This document shows, piece by piece, positions 25,238 to 40,295 of a DNA stretch of 64,000 nucleotides. The position numbers and the translations under genes were made by a program. Where the stretch lies: contig NW_003314389.1 in NCBI RefSeq assembly GCF_000143415.4, positions 270,892 to 334,891 on the forward strand, written 5' to 3'. Each line of letters begins with the position of its first letter. The first letter of the stretch is position 1. Origin of the DNA: Selaginella moellendorffii (Eukaryota; Plantae; Lycopodiophyta). A model generated the notes under the pieces. The model was not told the origin of the DNA, made no database searches, and saw nothing but the letters and a program-made list of their open reading frames with translations.

Positions 25238-28200
25238 ATGGTGAAGAGGAACCGTGCTAATGATGCTGAAACCTCTAGATGGGCGAATCGAGAGGAGGAA
25301 ACTCCTGCTAGAGATGCTGCGGAAGAGGCTAAGGCAGAGTCAGAAGAGGAAGAGCCAGATGCTGTAGCGTTGCAACGTACAGCTCAGGAAGTGGAGATTG
25401 AGAATTTGCGAAGGGAAGTTCGCAAATTGAAGAAAGAGAACAAGAAGGGGAAGAAATAAGTTGAGGCAGCTAAACTAGCTAAACCTAAGCAACCGGACTC
25501 CTCTTCAAGTTCTGAGGATGATGAAGTTCTGCAGCCACCCCCGGTTGCATGAGTTTCAAAGTTCAAGCCTCCAAAACCACCCAATTTTAGAGGCATGTGG
25601 GACTATCAAGTTTTGGAAGACTGGGTCTATGATAGCGGCAGACGTAGATGATCGTACGAAAGTTGCGTGTGCGCAATCCTTTCTTACCAATCATGCCAAA
25701 ACTTGGTGGCACTAGGTGTGTGCTGAAAAAGGGCAAACTAGAAGTTGGACCAAGATGCGGTCTCGTATCCATAAGGAATACTTGCCGGATGATCTTGGTT
25801 TGACACTTTGTGCGGAGCTAGGACGGTTAAAGCAACGAGGGGACCTTATGCATTACGTTAATGCGTTTTCTCAGAAGTGCATTATGATTGCAAATATGAG
25901 TGACGAAGATGCTCGGAGTTATTTTTTGGAGGGTTTAAGTTCATTTTCTCGCAATGAGATTTTGAAGTTTAAGCCGAAGACATACCTGGAGTGTAAGGAG
26001 GCAGCGCAGCAAGTTGCCTTTAGTCACTCAATCATGGAACAATATTAGCAGTCGCATGCTGGTAACTCGGATAAGAATAGAAATTCTGGGAATAAGCAAG
26101 GTGATTGGAAACAAAGGGTGGAAAGTAGGTACCGCCCTAGGGGCTCACAAGCTACGATTAACAAAGGTGGTGGTGGTTGGAGACCACCAGCAGCTTCTTC
26201 TGGTCCTAGGCCCTTTGTTCCTCCTCCTGGTGGGTACAAGTAGTAGCAACCTGCAAAACCTGCTCCTAGCGGAATGGGTAGTGTGGGTCATTGCTTCCAT
26301 TGTGGAGAGTCGGGACATAGGTCCTTGGAATGTCCCAACAAGCATAAAACAAGGTCTCGGGTTAATGTCATGAGGGATGATGGTGGTGGTGAAGCTGAAG
26401 GGGTTGACGAGTTGGTCAATATGGACTATGAGGAAGAAGAGGTGAGTAACTTTCGTTGCTTTCCTCAAGCTTTTCTTGTAGTTAATGCAAACACTGATCC
26501 GTTGATGTATCTGATAGGCTTTGTCCGAGGACACCAAATCCGAGTGATGATTGACACGGGAGCTACGCACAGCTTGATATCCGAAGACTTAGTTAAGTTG
26601 TTAGGATTGAATGTTGAGCAAATGTCGCCTATACACTTCCGGTTTGCGGAAGGTGGGCAAGTAGCCAGAAAGTTTGTGAGTGATGTTCCAATAAAGATAT
26701 CCAAGTGGAAAGAAAGAGTGGACTTGGTAGTGTTGATGATACCAGATTTTCAGATGGTGTTTGGTATGGATTTCTTCAACAAGTATATAAAAGGGATTTA
26801 TGGTGCTGGACAAAGTCATATCACATTGAAGTCAGAAGGTCATCCTAATGTATCCTTTCATTTGCAAAAGCGTTCCTCAAAGGATTGGGATGCAAAGTTC
26901 CTGACTGCGAGGGCCGCTCAAAAAGCAGCTAAGAGGGGATGTTAGACCTTTTGGGTTCAAGTGATGGAAGCTGAGGGTGTTGGTGACTCAGTTCGAATCG
27001 GTGACAGGGTTGATCCTGTACCAAAGAGGATATTGGAGTTGTTGGCGAGGAATCAGGATATCTTCCCGAAGGATTTGCTGCCAGAGCTACCTCCTAGCCG
27101 TGAGGTTGATTATCAGATTGAGATTATTCCGGGTTCTAAACCACCTACGAAAGCTCCATATCCGTTGAACATAAAAAAAATGGCTGAACTCAAGAAGCAA
27201 CTTACGGAGCTTCTTGACAAAGGTCATATCTGACCAAGCAAGTCACCTTATTGAGCGCCAGTCCTTTTTGTTATGAAAAAGGATGGAACCATGAGGATGT
27301 GTATTGACTATCGGGCACTCAACTAGATCACGGTTAAAAACAGTTATCCTTTGCCATGCATTGATGACTTGTTTCACTAGCTCTTAAAGGCTAAGTATTT
27401 TATGTGACTTGATTTGCGGTCCGGGTATCATCAGATATGGGTGGCAAATCAGGATGTGGAGAAGACAGCCTTTAAGACTTGGTACGGATCTTATGAGTTC
27501 CTTGTCATGCCATTCCGGTTATGCAATGCTCCAGCAACGTTCAGCACTATGATGGATAGAATATTCGGAGATTATTTGGATGCATTTGTAGTCCTATATA
27601 TTGACAATGTTCTAGTCTTTAGTGAAATGTTCGAGGATCATTTGAAACAGTTGGAGCTGGTGTTTCAGAAGTTGCGTGAACACAAACTGTATGCTAAGGA
27701 AAGTAAATGTGCTTTTGGTCAATTAAGCGTAAACTTTCTCGGACATGTAGTTGGTGGTGGCATGATTGAGGTCAATCCAAAGAAGGTGGAAGCGGTAAAG
27801 TCTTGGGAAGTCCCGACCACTGTATCAGATGTTCGTTCCTTTCTCGGTTTTGTGGGATACTATTGCAAGTTTGTCCGCAATTTTGCAAGAATTGCTCTTC
27901 CGTTGACTGAGTTGACGAAGAGTAGTATTCCGTTTCATTAGACACCAGCTTGTCAGCGTGCTTTTGTACGGTTGAAGGAGATCTTGACTATGGTTCCTAT
28001 TCTCAGGATCCCAGATCTTGATAAACCCTTTGAAGTGCATTGTGATGCATCTGGCTATGCTATCGGTGCCGTGTTGTAGCAAGATTGTGACAAAGCAGTT
28101 GGTGTTACTCTAAGGCAACATGGTTGTCCCGTTGCATCCTATTCCAAGAAATTGGATGAAACTCAAAGAAGATGGCCAACACATGAGAAAGAGATGTTTG

Positions 28201-29278
28201 CTATAGTGTCAGCCCTGGAACACTAGAGACACTATTTGGGTGGACATACCAAGGTTTATACAGATAATAACACACTAAGCTACTTTGCCATGCAGCCTAA
28301 GCTTACGCCGAAGCAGGCTCGTTGGCAAGAGAAGCTTGCTAGATATGATATTGAAATCATATATAAACCTGGTAAAGACAATATTGTCCCAGATGCATTG
28401 AGTCGCCAGGCTTAGTTCCGGGCAATATCAGCAGTTAGTTCGGACTGGTTAGAAGATGTTCGGGCTTCATATGGAAGTGATCCATTGGCGAAGGCAATCT
28501 TATGCCGTGCGGGGTTGTTGAAGCAAAGCCATGGTAGCGAAGCAGTAAAAGTTACTAGTCGCACTAATGCAAAGCTTCACTTCTCAGTTCGGGATGGGCT
28601 TATATTCTATAAGCAAGAAAGATTGTATCTTCCCTCTAAGGATCTGCAACAGTTATTTCTGCGAGAACATCATGATGTTCCAGTAGCGGGATATGGTGGG
28701 AAGCAAAAGATTCTGGCTTCATTGAAAAAGGGATTTTTCTAGTCTGGTATGGAAGGTGATGTAGCGGATTATATCCGTTCCTGCCCTATATGCTAGCAAT
28801 GTAAGCGCAGAACTGAGAAGCAAGCTGGAAAGTTGCAGTGCATTCCAGCATCGGCATGGCCATTTCAAAGTGTGACACTTGATTTCGTCACTTGTTTGCC
28901 GAAGTCTAAGGGTTATGATACTTTGATGGTAGTTGTGGATTGGTTATCAAAGATTGCACACTTCATTCCAACTGTGGGAACAGTAAATGTGAAACAAGTA
29001 GCAAAGCTCTTTTTCCATGAAGTAGTGCGAGTTCATGGTCTTCTTGAAGAAATGATCTCAGATAGAGATTTGAGGTTTACGGGGAAGTTTTGGGGGACCC
29101 TGTTCTAGTTTTTTGGTGCTAAGTTGAAGTTTAGTACAGCTTATCATCCTCAAACTGATGGGCAGACTGAACGCGTGAATGCTCAAGTTGAGGATTATCT
29201 GTAGTACTATGTCGCGGCAGACCAACGCAACTGGGTTGAGCATTTGGATACAGCAGAAATCTATTATAACAACACATG
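25238..29278 (+). pseudogene. Second Ty3/Gypsy family gag-pol (gag, zinc knuckle, protease, RT, RNase H, integrase); many stops, truncated
   Basis: CFHCGESGHRSLEC knuckle, MIDTGAT protease, VLYIDNVL RT, HCDASGYAIG RNase H, LDFVTCLP integrase; the HPQTDGQT motif at ~29145 is uninterrupted. Confidence 0.9.
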
Positions 29279-29289
29279 TCACTCCCCCC

Positions 29290-31250
29290 TAAGAGCAAGC
29301 ATAAAAATGCTTCCTTGGTTCCTTTAGTGAGTGTCCTCTTGTAGACACCAGGTTCAAATAGGAGTCTTTGCCTTGCATTGCCCTACCTTTAAATTATGGG
29401 ATTCCACCCTAGATTATTCTCCTTACCACTAAGTTTCTACCTTATCCATGCAAGGTTACCACAAATTGATTGAACCAATCCATCCCGAAGATCATGTCAA
29501 ATCCCACCATATCTAATACGGTAAAGTCTATGTCCATTAAGCATGTCCTTACTTTGACTTTAATGTGTCAAAGTACCTCATCGATGCTTTAGCCACATTG
29601 AACAAACTCTATAAACCTTGGTTCATCCAACCGCTACACTGTTAATCTAGCTTGCTAGAATATATCTGCATCCACAAAATTATTTGAAGCATCTATGTCA
29701 ATAAAGGTCTTAACAAAGCTTCCTTAGAGCTTCTGTTAGAAGGCTAGTAGATGTCCTGAATAACTCTTTACCAAAGTTGCTTGTATAATGAGTAATTTTG
29801 AATTAGGGACTAGATCACGTACCTAAGTTTGAACTTCACTTGACTTAATGGCTATATTGATTTCTACCTTCTTCAAATAGGGACATTCTTTCAAGAAGTA
29901 TCCCCATTCTACACAATTGAAACATATGTTGTTTCTTGCACTCTTCATTTTTTTATTAGAGGGTTTGTCCCTTTTTACCTAAATCCCACTTGCTCTTTGG
30001 CCACCAGATCTATCTTTCAAAAACCCTAAGGACTCATTCCTAGAAAAACTCCTAAAATTCCTTTTATCATATGTCCCTCTTGGTTAGACTCCTTTGTTGA
30101 ACATGGATATTAATTTTGTTGTGTTTGCCTTTCACAAGTTACCATTAAAATGCACTATAATAGCTTCATCCAAAGCTTCCGTATAGTTAATTGGGTTCTA
30201 ACGCATCACCTCGCCCTAAGCCCAGGTTTATAAGCTTCATATGAAGGCATGGAACCTGTTTATATTGTCTATATTCGTGATAAAGATCCTCTTGGCTATA
30301 AACACATTCACATACTCTCGAATGGTTCTAGTGTGCTTCAGTCTACTCAATTCGTCCCTTAAATAGAGAGTAATATTCAGAGGCACATAAGTTACATGGA
30401 TCTTCACTTTCATCACTTTCTAAGTGGCCACTAGTCCTTCGTTGGCCTCTGTTGTTCTCCACCAAGACTTAGTGTTATTTGCTAAGTATGGTTTTGCATA
30501 TGGGATATTTTTCGAGCTTGGTAATCACAACACTCGAAAGTAGTCCTCCATATTGTAAAACCACTCCTCTACCAACTTATAGTCATTCACTCCCTTGAAG
30601 ACTGATGAGGGCTTTGGTTTGTACTTAAGAATTTCTTGAGGGATTGATTCCACTTCAATTTATTCGACTTTATTCAGTTTTTCCTCAGTCCCTGCCAGAG
30701 GATCCATGCCTTCTACACTACCAACATTATTGTCTTTTGCTTTTTCTTTCGCTTCTTGTCACACTTTAACTTGCGAATAAGGGTCTCCAATAGGGCATTG
30801 GTCTGTGTTAATTGTCCTTCTAGAGCATTTAATTGAGCCTTGGATGACCAAACCTCATCACCAAACTCTTGTTTGCAGGTATCCTCATTTGCATCCTCAT
30901 CATGCAAAGATTCCTCATTCATAGCTTTTTGTTTGATTGGAGGATGTATCTCTGCAGGATGTTCCATCTTTGCCTTGGTTCACTTATGCTTTACTTTAGC
31001 CATCTTTTAGTAATCTACCTCTATCCTTCACTAGAATTGACGAAAAAACTCCAATACCAAATTGTAAACTATAAATCTTTCCTTTCCAATTTGCCAGCTT
31101 ATCTCGTCTATTCAACCACCATTGCATTAGCTTTTGTTAAGTTCCCTTGGTAAGGTTCTTGTCTATTGTATTAGCTCCTATTTAGTTTTACTTGGTTTCA
31201 GTTACTCACTACATGAGCAACAAAGTGTTAGCCATCCATCCACGGATTCT
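29290..31250 (-). pseudogene. Decayed family-A gag/protease with PBS relic and 5' LTR fragment (31063-31250)
   Basis: Colinear with 34760-36750; CTCCAATACCA (PBS complement) lies directly before TGTAAA at 31063. Confidence 0.8.
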
Positions 31251-31615
31251 AGTGCACATGGTTTCACCCTTTATCCTATGATGATTTACCATAAGATAAC
31301 CACGAAGTAGAACCTAAACCTTCTATATGCCATATGCTATATACCACTTGCTATATGCCACGTGTCCAAGGACAATGGAGTCAATAAGTTTCATGACATT
31401 AAGCCACTAAATGAAGGAATAGAGCCAAACTCCTAACCATGGAGCTAAGGAGCAGAAAAATTGGAGCATAGAGCAACTCCTAAATGTATAGCCCAAGGAG
31501 GAAAGGGACAAGAGCATAGAGCAGTCCTACAGCATCCAACATCCTAATGCTAGAACTAGGACACAAAATAGAGCCAAATCGAATCTAGTACTATTTCAGC
31601 ATATTGATGGCCGGT

Positions 31616-33116
31616 TGTGAGACACAAAATCCATAGGCCCCAAAGTGGAGCTAGAAAGGGTGCCACGTGGTAGTGGCCGAAGCAAAAGCCAAACGAGTGT
31701 AACACGTTTGGACTAAAAGCTCTGACTTGGAGGGTCGAGAGCGGGAGTGGAACTCCCAACAAAGTGCTCAAGGAGCGAGCACGAGACAACCAATAAGCAA
31801 GGCTCCAAAATGGGACCCGAGATGGACCCGAGATGGACCAAGACGGAGTCCGAGATGGAGTCCGAGATAGACCCGAGATGGAGTCCGAGATGGAGTCTAA
31901 GATGGACCGAGATGGAGTCCAAGGTGGAGTCTGAGATGGAGTCCGAGAAGGACCCGAGATGGAGTCCGAGGTCGAGACCGAGACCGGGACCGAGACCGAG
32001 GCCGGGACCAAGACTGAGACCGAGACCGGGACCGAGACCGAGACCGAGGCCGAGACCGAGACCGAGGCCGAGACCGAGCCCGAGTCTGAGTCCGAGTCTG
32101 AGTCCAAGTTCGAGTCTGAGAGGGTGAAAGCCCAAAGCGTTGGTCTCCCAGACCCTGGGGGGTTTGGTGAGCTCCAAAAGTATAGTAACGGGGAGGACTG
32201 CAATGGAGCCAGTTTGGCTAGGAAAGGCCAGTTTGGCCCAGGAAGGCTAGACCTAGTGTTGGGTGATGAACTGACCACTGGGAAGTCCAAGACTAGAGTG
32301 AATACGGACCAACAAGCAGGGTAGCTTGGTGAAGTGTTCAAGAGCCGGCTCTAGTTCCCCGGGGAGATCGACTGACCGATGCTCCCAGTCCAAGTGTGGG
32401 TGGCACTACCTACTTGGATACCAGGCGTGGCTCAACGGAACCTCGCTCTAAGCCCATGGCTAGAGCACCCAAAGGCGGAAGGCGGGGAGAGTACCCGAGT
32501 GGCTCGTGTAAGGCCACAGTGTTCTGAAGTGTTGTCCCAAAGTCCCAGACTGTGGAAAGGAAAAGAAGCAATCCTTTGGTGTGGTGGCCAAGGATACAGT
32601 CATGTGGTGAGGAAGTCCTAGAGGACCATAGGACTTAGTGGTCAAGCCTGTGGGCCTTGATCCAATGGCAGTGTTGGCAAACTCGTCCAAGGGCAAAAAG
32701 GGACTTAGTGGGGACAAACAGAGGGATATTGGGGAAGGCTGTTCCCCTTGTCGGTGGGCATCCTAAGGATGCTAAGGAGTGGATCTGGGATGACCACTCA
32801 CGGATGGTTGGCCCAGTCTTGGAGAGACAAGACTGTGTTACAAGTGGTATTGGATTACCAGTGCGGCAAAGTTGAATGGGCATAGCCTTAGCGTAATAGG
32901 CTGCTATGTCGGTGGTACCTTTGAGTGTCGGTCATGAGATCGGACACGTGGAGCACTTGGACCAGGTGCAAGGGTGGAGTGGCATGGATGCCATTCTTGG
33001 GGCTAGCAAGTCCAAAGTCCTGAATTGGACTTATGGAGGTTGTGAATGAGACTCCTCCAAGTGGTCGGAGGTGTGGTTAAGTGACTAAAGTAGAATGGAA
33101 GATTTAGTCACTTACA
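31616..33116 (+). mobile_element. Complete family-B LTR (1.5 kb)
   Basis: TGTGAGAC...GTCACTTACA termini; the left flank CCGGT (31611-31615) matches 44407-44411. Confidence 0.85.
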
Positions 33117-36100
33117 CTCTTCTAAGGCTACCTTCCTTAGTTCCCCTTCTAGAACATACACCCTCGTTTGCTTGTAATAGATGAGTCCATTGTGTTCCGC
33201 ATAGCCCGTTTTCTCTTCTGTTGGCAGCTCACCTCTCTGGTGAGCTTCCCGTGCCTCTAGATTCCTCAGCAACACTTCTTGTGCTAGACCATCGTTCTTA
33301 TATGCTGTCCGCACATCATCCCAGAAGGTTGCTATTGCGCTGGATATCGCCAACCTCAAGCTCGCTTTTCGACTTAGCGCATCCGCCACGATGTTGCTCT
33401 TCCTAGGCTTGTATAGAATCTCGCAATCAAACTCGACCAAGGCATTGGCCCACCGACCTTGTTTCCCTCTCAGGTCGGGCTATGACAAGAAGTGTTTTGT
33501 TACCACATTGTCCATATAAACCTTGAAGTGTCTCCCAAGGTAGTGTCGCCACTCCTTAAGCGCCTTGACCACCACAAACAATTCTTTCTCGTGGGCAGGC
33601 CACTTCCTTTGAGTCTTGTCCAACTTCTTCGAGAAGAACGCTACTGGATGGTTGTCTTGCTTCAAAACTGCGCCCAACGCGAAGTCCGAAGCATCCGTTT
33701 CTACCTCAAAGTCCTTACCAAAGTCTGGTAATGCCAATACAGGACACCTTCCTCAACTTCCCTTTGAGGTGGACAAATGCCACCTCGCATTCCGTTGTCC
33801 ATACCATCTTCCCTTTTCCCGTTTGGTCCGTTAAGGGCAGGGCTACTCTCGAATAGTGTCTGATATACTTTCGATAGTAGTTGCATAGCCCCAAGAACGC
33901 CCTCAACTCATGTACATTCGATGGTTGCTCCCATTCCTGGATCACTTGGACCTTCTCCGGGTCCACCTTGAGCCCGTCCTGGCCCACCATATGCCCGAGA
34001 AACTTTACCTCTTGTTGAGCAAAGTCACATTTGCTCTCTTTAGCATATAGTTTGTGTTCCCTTAGTTTCTCAAACACCTTCGCCAAGTGTTCGGCATGCT
34101 CCTCTAGCGTCTTGCTATAGATCAGGATGTCGTCGATATAGATGACCACGAAGTGATCCAGATAGGGTACAAAGATATGGTTCATCAGCGCCAAAAACAT
34201 TGCCGGTGCATTGCATAGCCCAAAGGGCATCACCAGAAACTCAAATCTCCCATACCTCGTTCGACAGGTTGTCTTCTCGACATCCTCCTCGGCTACCGTG
34301 ATCTGGTAGTATCCTGAGCTTAGGTCAATCCTCGAGAAGTATTTTGCCTTTCCCAACCTATCGAACAGGTCCTCAATCCTGGGCAAAGGGTACTTGTTCT
34401 TCTTTATATACTTGTTGAGCAACCGGTAGTCTATGCACATGCGCATAGATCCATCTTTCTTTTTCACAAATAACACCGGCACCCCATACGGCGATTTGCT
34501 GAACCTAACATACCCTTTGTCCACCAACTCCTCTAGTTGGCACTTGAGCTCCTCAAGTTCTTTCTTGTTCAAATGATAGGGGGGACGAACCACCGCCTCA
34601 GCACCCTCGACCAGCTCAATCTTATGTTCTATCAGTCGTGCGGGGGGCAACCCCGCTGGTAACTCCTCCGGCATGGTATCCTGGAATTGGTCCAACACCC
34701 ATTGGATCACTAAAGGTACTTCTTGCGTTCCTGTCTTTTTGTCACTCTTCACCGAGAGTAAGAACAAAAATGCTGCCTTAGTTCCTTTAGTGAGTTGTCC
34801 TCTCGTGGACACCAGGTTTAAGCAGGATTCTTTGGCCTTGCTTTGCCCTACCTTTAGATCCTGGGCCTCCACACTAGATCTTCTTCCTTGGGTATTCGCC
34901 AGTACCACAAGGTTTCTACCTTGTCCATGCAGGGCTACCACGAACCGATTGAACCAGTCCATTCCGAAGATCACGTCAAATCCCGCCATGTCCAACACAG
35001 TGAAATCCATGTCCACTTTCCATGTCTGTACTTCGACTCTCGCTTGTCGAAGTACCTCATCGGTGCTTTGGCTACCTTGAACAAACTCTATAGTCCTTGG
35101 TTCGCCTAGCCGCTGCATCGTTAGTCCGGCTTGCCGGACTATGTCTGCAGCCACAAAATTATCTGAAGCACCCGTGTCAATAAGGATCTTAACAAAGCTA
35201 CCTCCGAGCTTTCCTCGGAGGGCTAGTAGATGTTGCGAACGACTCTCTACCAAAGTTGCTCGTGTGATGAGTAACTTTGAGTTAGGGACTGGATCACATA
35301 CCTCAGTTTGGAATTCACCCGATTTGATGGCCATATTGGCTCTGGCCTTCTTCGGGTAGGGACATTCCCTTGAAAAGTGTCCCGCTTCACTGCAGTTGTA
35401 GCATACATTGTTTCCCACGCTGCTATATGACTTGACCTTCTTATCCATGGGTTTGTCTCTTTTCGCTTGACTCCCCCACGTAATCTGCTGGCCACCAGAT
35501 TTGCCTTTCCGGAACCCCGAGGACTCATTCTTAGAGAAACTCTTCTTGAATTTCCCTCTACTAAACGTTCCCCTTGGTTTGGCCCCTTTGCTAATCGTGG
35601 ATCCCAACCCCGTCGTGTTCCCCTTTCGCAGGTTATCGTTGAAATGCACCTTGATGGCCGCATCCAACGCTTTCTTGTAGCTGGTCGGGTTCCACCGCAT
35701 CACTTCACTGCGAGCCCAAGTTTGCAAACCTGATATGAAGGCATGAAACGCATCCATATCCCCCATGTCCGTGACAAGTATTCTCTTTGCCATAAACCCA
35801 TTCACATACTCCTGAATGGTTCCGGTCTGCTTCAGCCTACTCAGCTCGTCCCTTAGATGCAGAGTAGCATTCAGAGGAACGTAAGTTGCACGGATCCTCA
35901 CCTTCATCATTTCCCAAGTGGCCACCGGTCCTTCGTTGGCCTCTGTCGTTCTCCACCAAGACTTGGCATTATCTGCCAAGTATGGTTTTGCACATGGGAC
36001 CTTCTCCGAGCTCGATAACCGCAACGCTTGGAAGTAGTCCTCCATATCATAAAACCAATCCTCCACCACCTTATAGTCATTCACTCCCTTGAAGACCGGT

Positions 36101-36417
36101 GGGGGCTTTGGTTTGTACTTGGGAACTGCCTGAGGGACTGATTCCACTTCGGTCTGTTCGACCTTGTCTGGTTTTGCCTCAGTCCCTACCGAAGGGTCCA
36201 CACCTTTTGCGCTACCAGCATCCGCAGTGTTTTGCTTTTTCTTCCACTTCTCGTCATACTTTAGCTGGCATACGAGAGTCTCTAGCAGGGCATTGGTCTG
36301 TGCAAATTTTCCTTCTAGAATGTCCAATCGAGCCTTGGACGACTGAACCTCGCCACCAGACTCCTGTTTGGAAGTTTCCTCACTGGAGTCCTCCTCATGC
36401 AAGGATTCCTCATCCAT
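33117..36417 (-). CDS. Family-A chromovirus Gag-Pol (900-aa ORF 33715-36417: gag, CCHC, protease, RT; frameshifted RNase H; integrase truncated by the LTR at 33116)
   Basis: [40 protein letters not shown] and NIVADALSR motifs. Confidence 0.93.
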
Positions 36418-36541
36418 AGCCTCTTGTTCGACCGGAGGCTCTAGCTCTGGCGGAGGTTTTGTCTCTGCCTAGGTTCGCTTACACCCTGCCTTTGCCATCT
36501 CCCAACAATCCGCCTCTATCCTTCACTAGAACTGAGGAAAA

Positions 36542-36554
36542 GGCTCCGATACCA
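36542..36554 (-). promoter_or_regulatory. Primer-binding site (tRNA-iMet type, TGGTATCGGAGCC)
   Basis: Lies 3 nt inside the 5' LTR end (..CTTACA at 36558 on the minus strand). Confidence 0.88.
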
Positions 36555-36557
36555 AAT

Positions 36558-37701
36558 TGTAAGCCACAAATTTTTCCTTTTCAATTTGCCAGCTTACCTC
36601 GTCTATCCAGCCAACTCTGCCTTGGCTTGTGCTAAGTTCCCTCGCCAAGGTTCTCGCCTATGGTACCAGCTCCTACTTGGTTCTATTTGGTTTCAGCTAC
36701 TCACTGCACGAGCAACGGAGTGTTAGCCATCCATCTACGAATTCCCAAATCTCTCCCAATCCCCCTCCCCGGGTTAGACTGGACTTAAGGTTCAGCTACA
36801 CTCCCTGCAGGCACAAACAGCCAAGCACACCAAGCCTCCAGATTCCTAACACCCCTTGGTATCACAAGACTTGATCATGGGACCCTCTAAATCCCAAGCC
36901 TTGGGTGCAGCACTTTCTTCGGGACGTCGGGGCAAAACACCATGGCCTAACGGCCCGGTATGGGTACCTCTACCCCCCCACTTCCATCCCAAAGCGAAGG
37001 CCCAAGCCCCTAGGAAGGGCGAAGACCAATGAGCCACAAGGTACTCAAGTGGGGCACCACTCCACATGAGCCGGGAGCACCGCAGTTGGTTTCCCTTTCG
37101 GGAGTGGGAGCTGCTCTTGAGCACTTCCCTGAGTGGCCCCTTCGGCACCACCCAAGCCCATGCTCACTCCCACCCAAGGCCCCTCGGCCCCAGTCTCAAC
37201 CTCAAGTCAGTTTGGAAGCACCACTAGAGAGTTCCTTCAAGACTGGTTCCTGGACCTCACTATCCCTACTATACTTTTGGAACCCCTTGCAGCCCTCCCC
37301 CCTGGGAGACGCACGCTTTGGGCTTTCACCCCTTGAGCTGTATTAGTATTTGGACTTACTCTCAGAATCGATCTCGGACTCGATCTCGGACCCAACTTCA
37401 AACTCGGTCTCGAACTCGATTTTGGACTTGACCTCGGACCCGATCTTGGACTCGACTTCGGACTCGACCTCGGACTCGATCTCGGAACCGCTTTGGATCT
37501 CGGACTCTGTCTCAAACTCGGTCTCAAACTCGGTCTCCGATTCGGCCTCAGCTCGATCCTAGACTCTATCTCAAACTCGGTCTCTGAGTCGGTCTTGGAC
37601 TTGATCTTCGACTCGGTCCCATCCGATGAACTCTTTGTCATTTCGGTCATGCTTTCGGGGATCCTTTAGCCTACGACATCTCGGGGAGTCGATTACTTAC
37701 A
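36558..37701 (-). mobile_element. Family-A 5' LTR (1.14 kb)
   Basis: TG...CA termini with TGTAAG/CTTACA; adjacent PBS. Confidence 0.88.
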
Positions 37702-40295
37702 TTTCCTCGGACTTACTATGCCATAACCGTGGCATAGCTCATTTCCCATAGGTGCTCTTCCCACTTGGTCACCTTGACCCAAGCCACACCATTATCAGTA
37801 GTTCAAATCAACACTTTGAACTAGTAAATATATCCCTTAGCCCAAACAAAGACCTTGTCCTTATTTAGCCACAAGATCACCTAGTGATCTCATCTTGACC
37901 CCTTAATAGGTCTACCAATAGTGACTAGGTCTTCCAGACCCTTGTAAGTTGTTGACTATGACCCTGGGGGCATCCCCCACATGCGCCCAAGCCAGCCCTT
38001 CTAGCCAAGGATCCATAGCAATTGAGACTGAGTGTCCCCATCTCATTCACCACGTCCTTGGTGCCCTTTGCACCAAAGTGTTCAAGTTAGATATGCCGAG
38101 CTTTCACTCTAAACAATCTAGCCGTGCATCACGACTCCGGGGCATCCCCCGCTTGGCGGTGTGCCCAAGCCAATCTCCTCATTGAGAGTCCATGACCACC
38201 GAAATATGAGTGTCCTCATATTCCAAACTATCACCATGCCCTAGTGATTTGGGACTTGAACCCAAGCACTAGAGGGTCGGGACTCGAACCCAACCTCTAT
38301 ATATGCATCTACGGAAGGCATCATCTAAGATGCTTGGCGTGACTCCCCACGCTGGTGCACCAACTTATAGTTAAAACGCACTATAGATCACAGCTTAGGA
38401 ACCTAGTTCCCCCGCACTACCAAGTCCTCTCACTTGACAAGCCCGTGATCATGCATGGACTCCTCTATGCTCGACCTCATGGGCCACCCTTTTTGAAGTT
38501 ATCACCTTCAACTAGGGCATTTGTTCCCCCGACTTGCCAATCTCGCTTGGCAAGTCCTCTGACCACCGTAACATGGTTCTTGCATAAGCGTGAAAGTCCT
38601 TGACCATTAACTTTCGTTCAAAGCCCTCTCTTTGAACACTCGGGAACTACTTCCTTAACCTTGATAGCCTTGCCTCATGGCAAGCTTCAAAACCACGCTT
38701 CTGCTGTGCCACTCTAGTTTCGCGCGTTCCATGAACCATTTACACTTGGCCTTTCTAAGTACTAAGCTACCTAGAATTGTCTTTTGGGAACCTTGAAGGA
38801 ACTCTGTCCCTTAGCTTGCTAAGGCCTCCCTTTTCGCAAGCTTTCTAGTTGCCATATAGTCTAACATGGACAACTCCATATTTTAGACTCTCCATGGCAT
38901 CACAGTTGCTAGCAACAACACCCTCGAGCCCCCACGTGATTCTCCACTCCCAGTTGGCATAACCAGCCTTGGTCATGCCCTTCGATTCCTATGGTTCGGT
39001 TCTATCCCCTTACTACTTGCTTTTTGGCTTCACACCTTTCCTTCGGTTATTCGCCTCCAAACTAGGAGGATAGCTTTGCACTTTCTACCATGCCTTAGCA
39101 AGTATTCTTGGGGATGAACCTACCCGACAGCCTAGGGAGTGGTTCCTCAATCCAGGTATGCTCACCTTATAATCCCACACACCGAGATTAACGTTGTTGC
39201 TTATGGGCCCTTACATGCCCATCACTAGCCTTGCCAAAATTCCATTTTTGGCTTTGTCCAATTCGGGAGATAGTCTTCTCCTGTCTCTGCAACCTTGGAC
39301 ATTTGGATAGCACCTTCTATCCATCATTCGCGAAGGACTTAGTCCCTTGGGCCTTATCTATTGCCCTCGCGACATCAAACACCACCTCCTGGTGTTCTAG
39401 AGTGTTCGGGTGTCCCAATGACAGCTTCTTTGACAATGAGTATTTCCTTTCATGACATTGACTTACTATATTGCAACATAAGCAACTTATCCCCCGTAAG
39501 GGTATATCCCACTTCCTTATGCCATTAAGAAGGCTTGGGTAGCTACCTTCTACCCGTTTAACCAATTATTTTGCACCTCTTGCTTAGTTGCCTCATAGTT
39601 GTCAAGTCCTACAACTCATTACTAGTGCTTCCACACCTCCATCATTATCTGGGTCACCACACTCCAACCGCATGCCTTCCAGCTTAGGCCATGCCATTCC
39701 CGCTTCTGTTGGGATTCCCTTAGCAAGGGGTTTTTATGAACCCACCATCATATCCTCAAGGTATCACACCTTGGCACATTTGGTGTCTCCACACCATCGG
39801 CTCCACGAGCCTACCTCTATGACACTTTTTACTTGTGTCTAGATCTTTGCTAAGGCCAAATATGGTTATTCCTCATGCTAACTATCTGTTAACACCGCAC
39901 CATAGTGTTTACACCCAACTCTGGGCCAAAGTTGCTTTCTTCTGGGAACATCTTTCCCACAACTTTAGTATGGCACATTCTGCCATCAATGAGATACCTA
40001 CTGTTATCATACTTGGATCTTATGATCCTTCCCATACCTCATGGGGCACCATACACCTCAGTCCAAATGTTTCAACCAATCCCTTAGGATTATTCCTTGA
40101 CTCTTATTTGAGTCATCTAACTTTTTGGGCTTTATCATCCGATGACTCGTGAGGTCCTACCTTTGAGGTGCTAGCTCATTGGAATACAACTTCTTGTATT
40201 TAGGTTCTACTCACAAGGACCATCTTTGCAAGTGTTACTCCAACAGTTGATTTGTTCTCTTGGGGCAACCTTTTGTACTTTTGCACTTTTGCACT
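37702..40295 (-). mobile_element. Family-B-related internal (non-coding or decayed) retroelement region
   Basis: 37702-38100 is homologous to 19880-20220 and 21648-22050; no intact ORF. Confidence 0.55.
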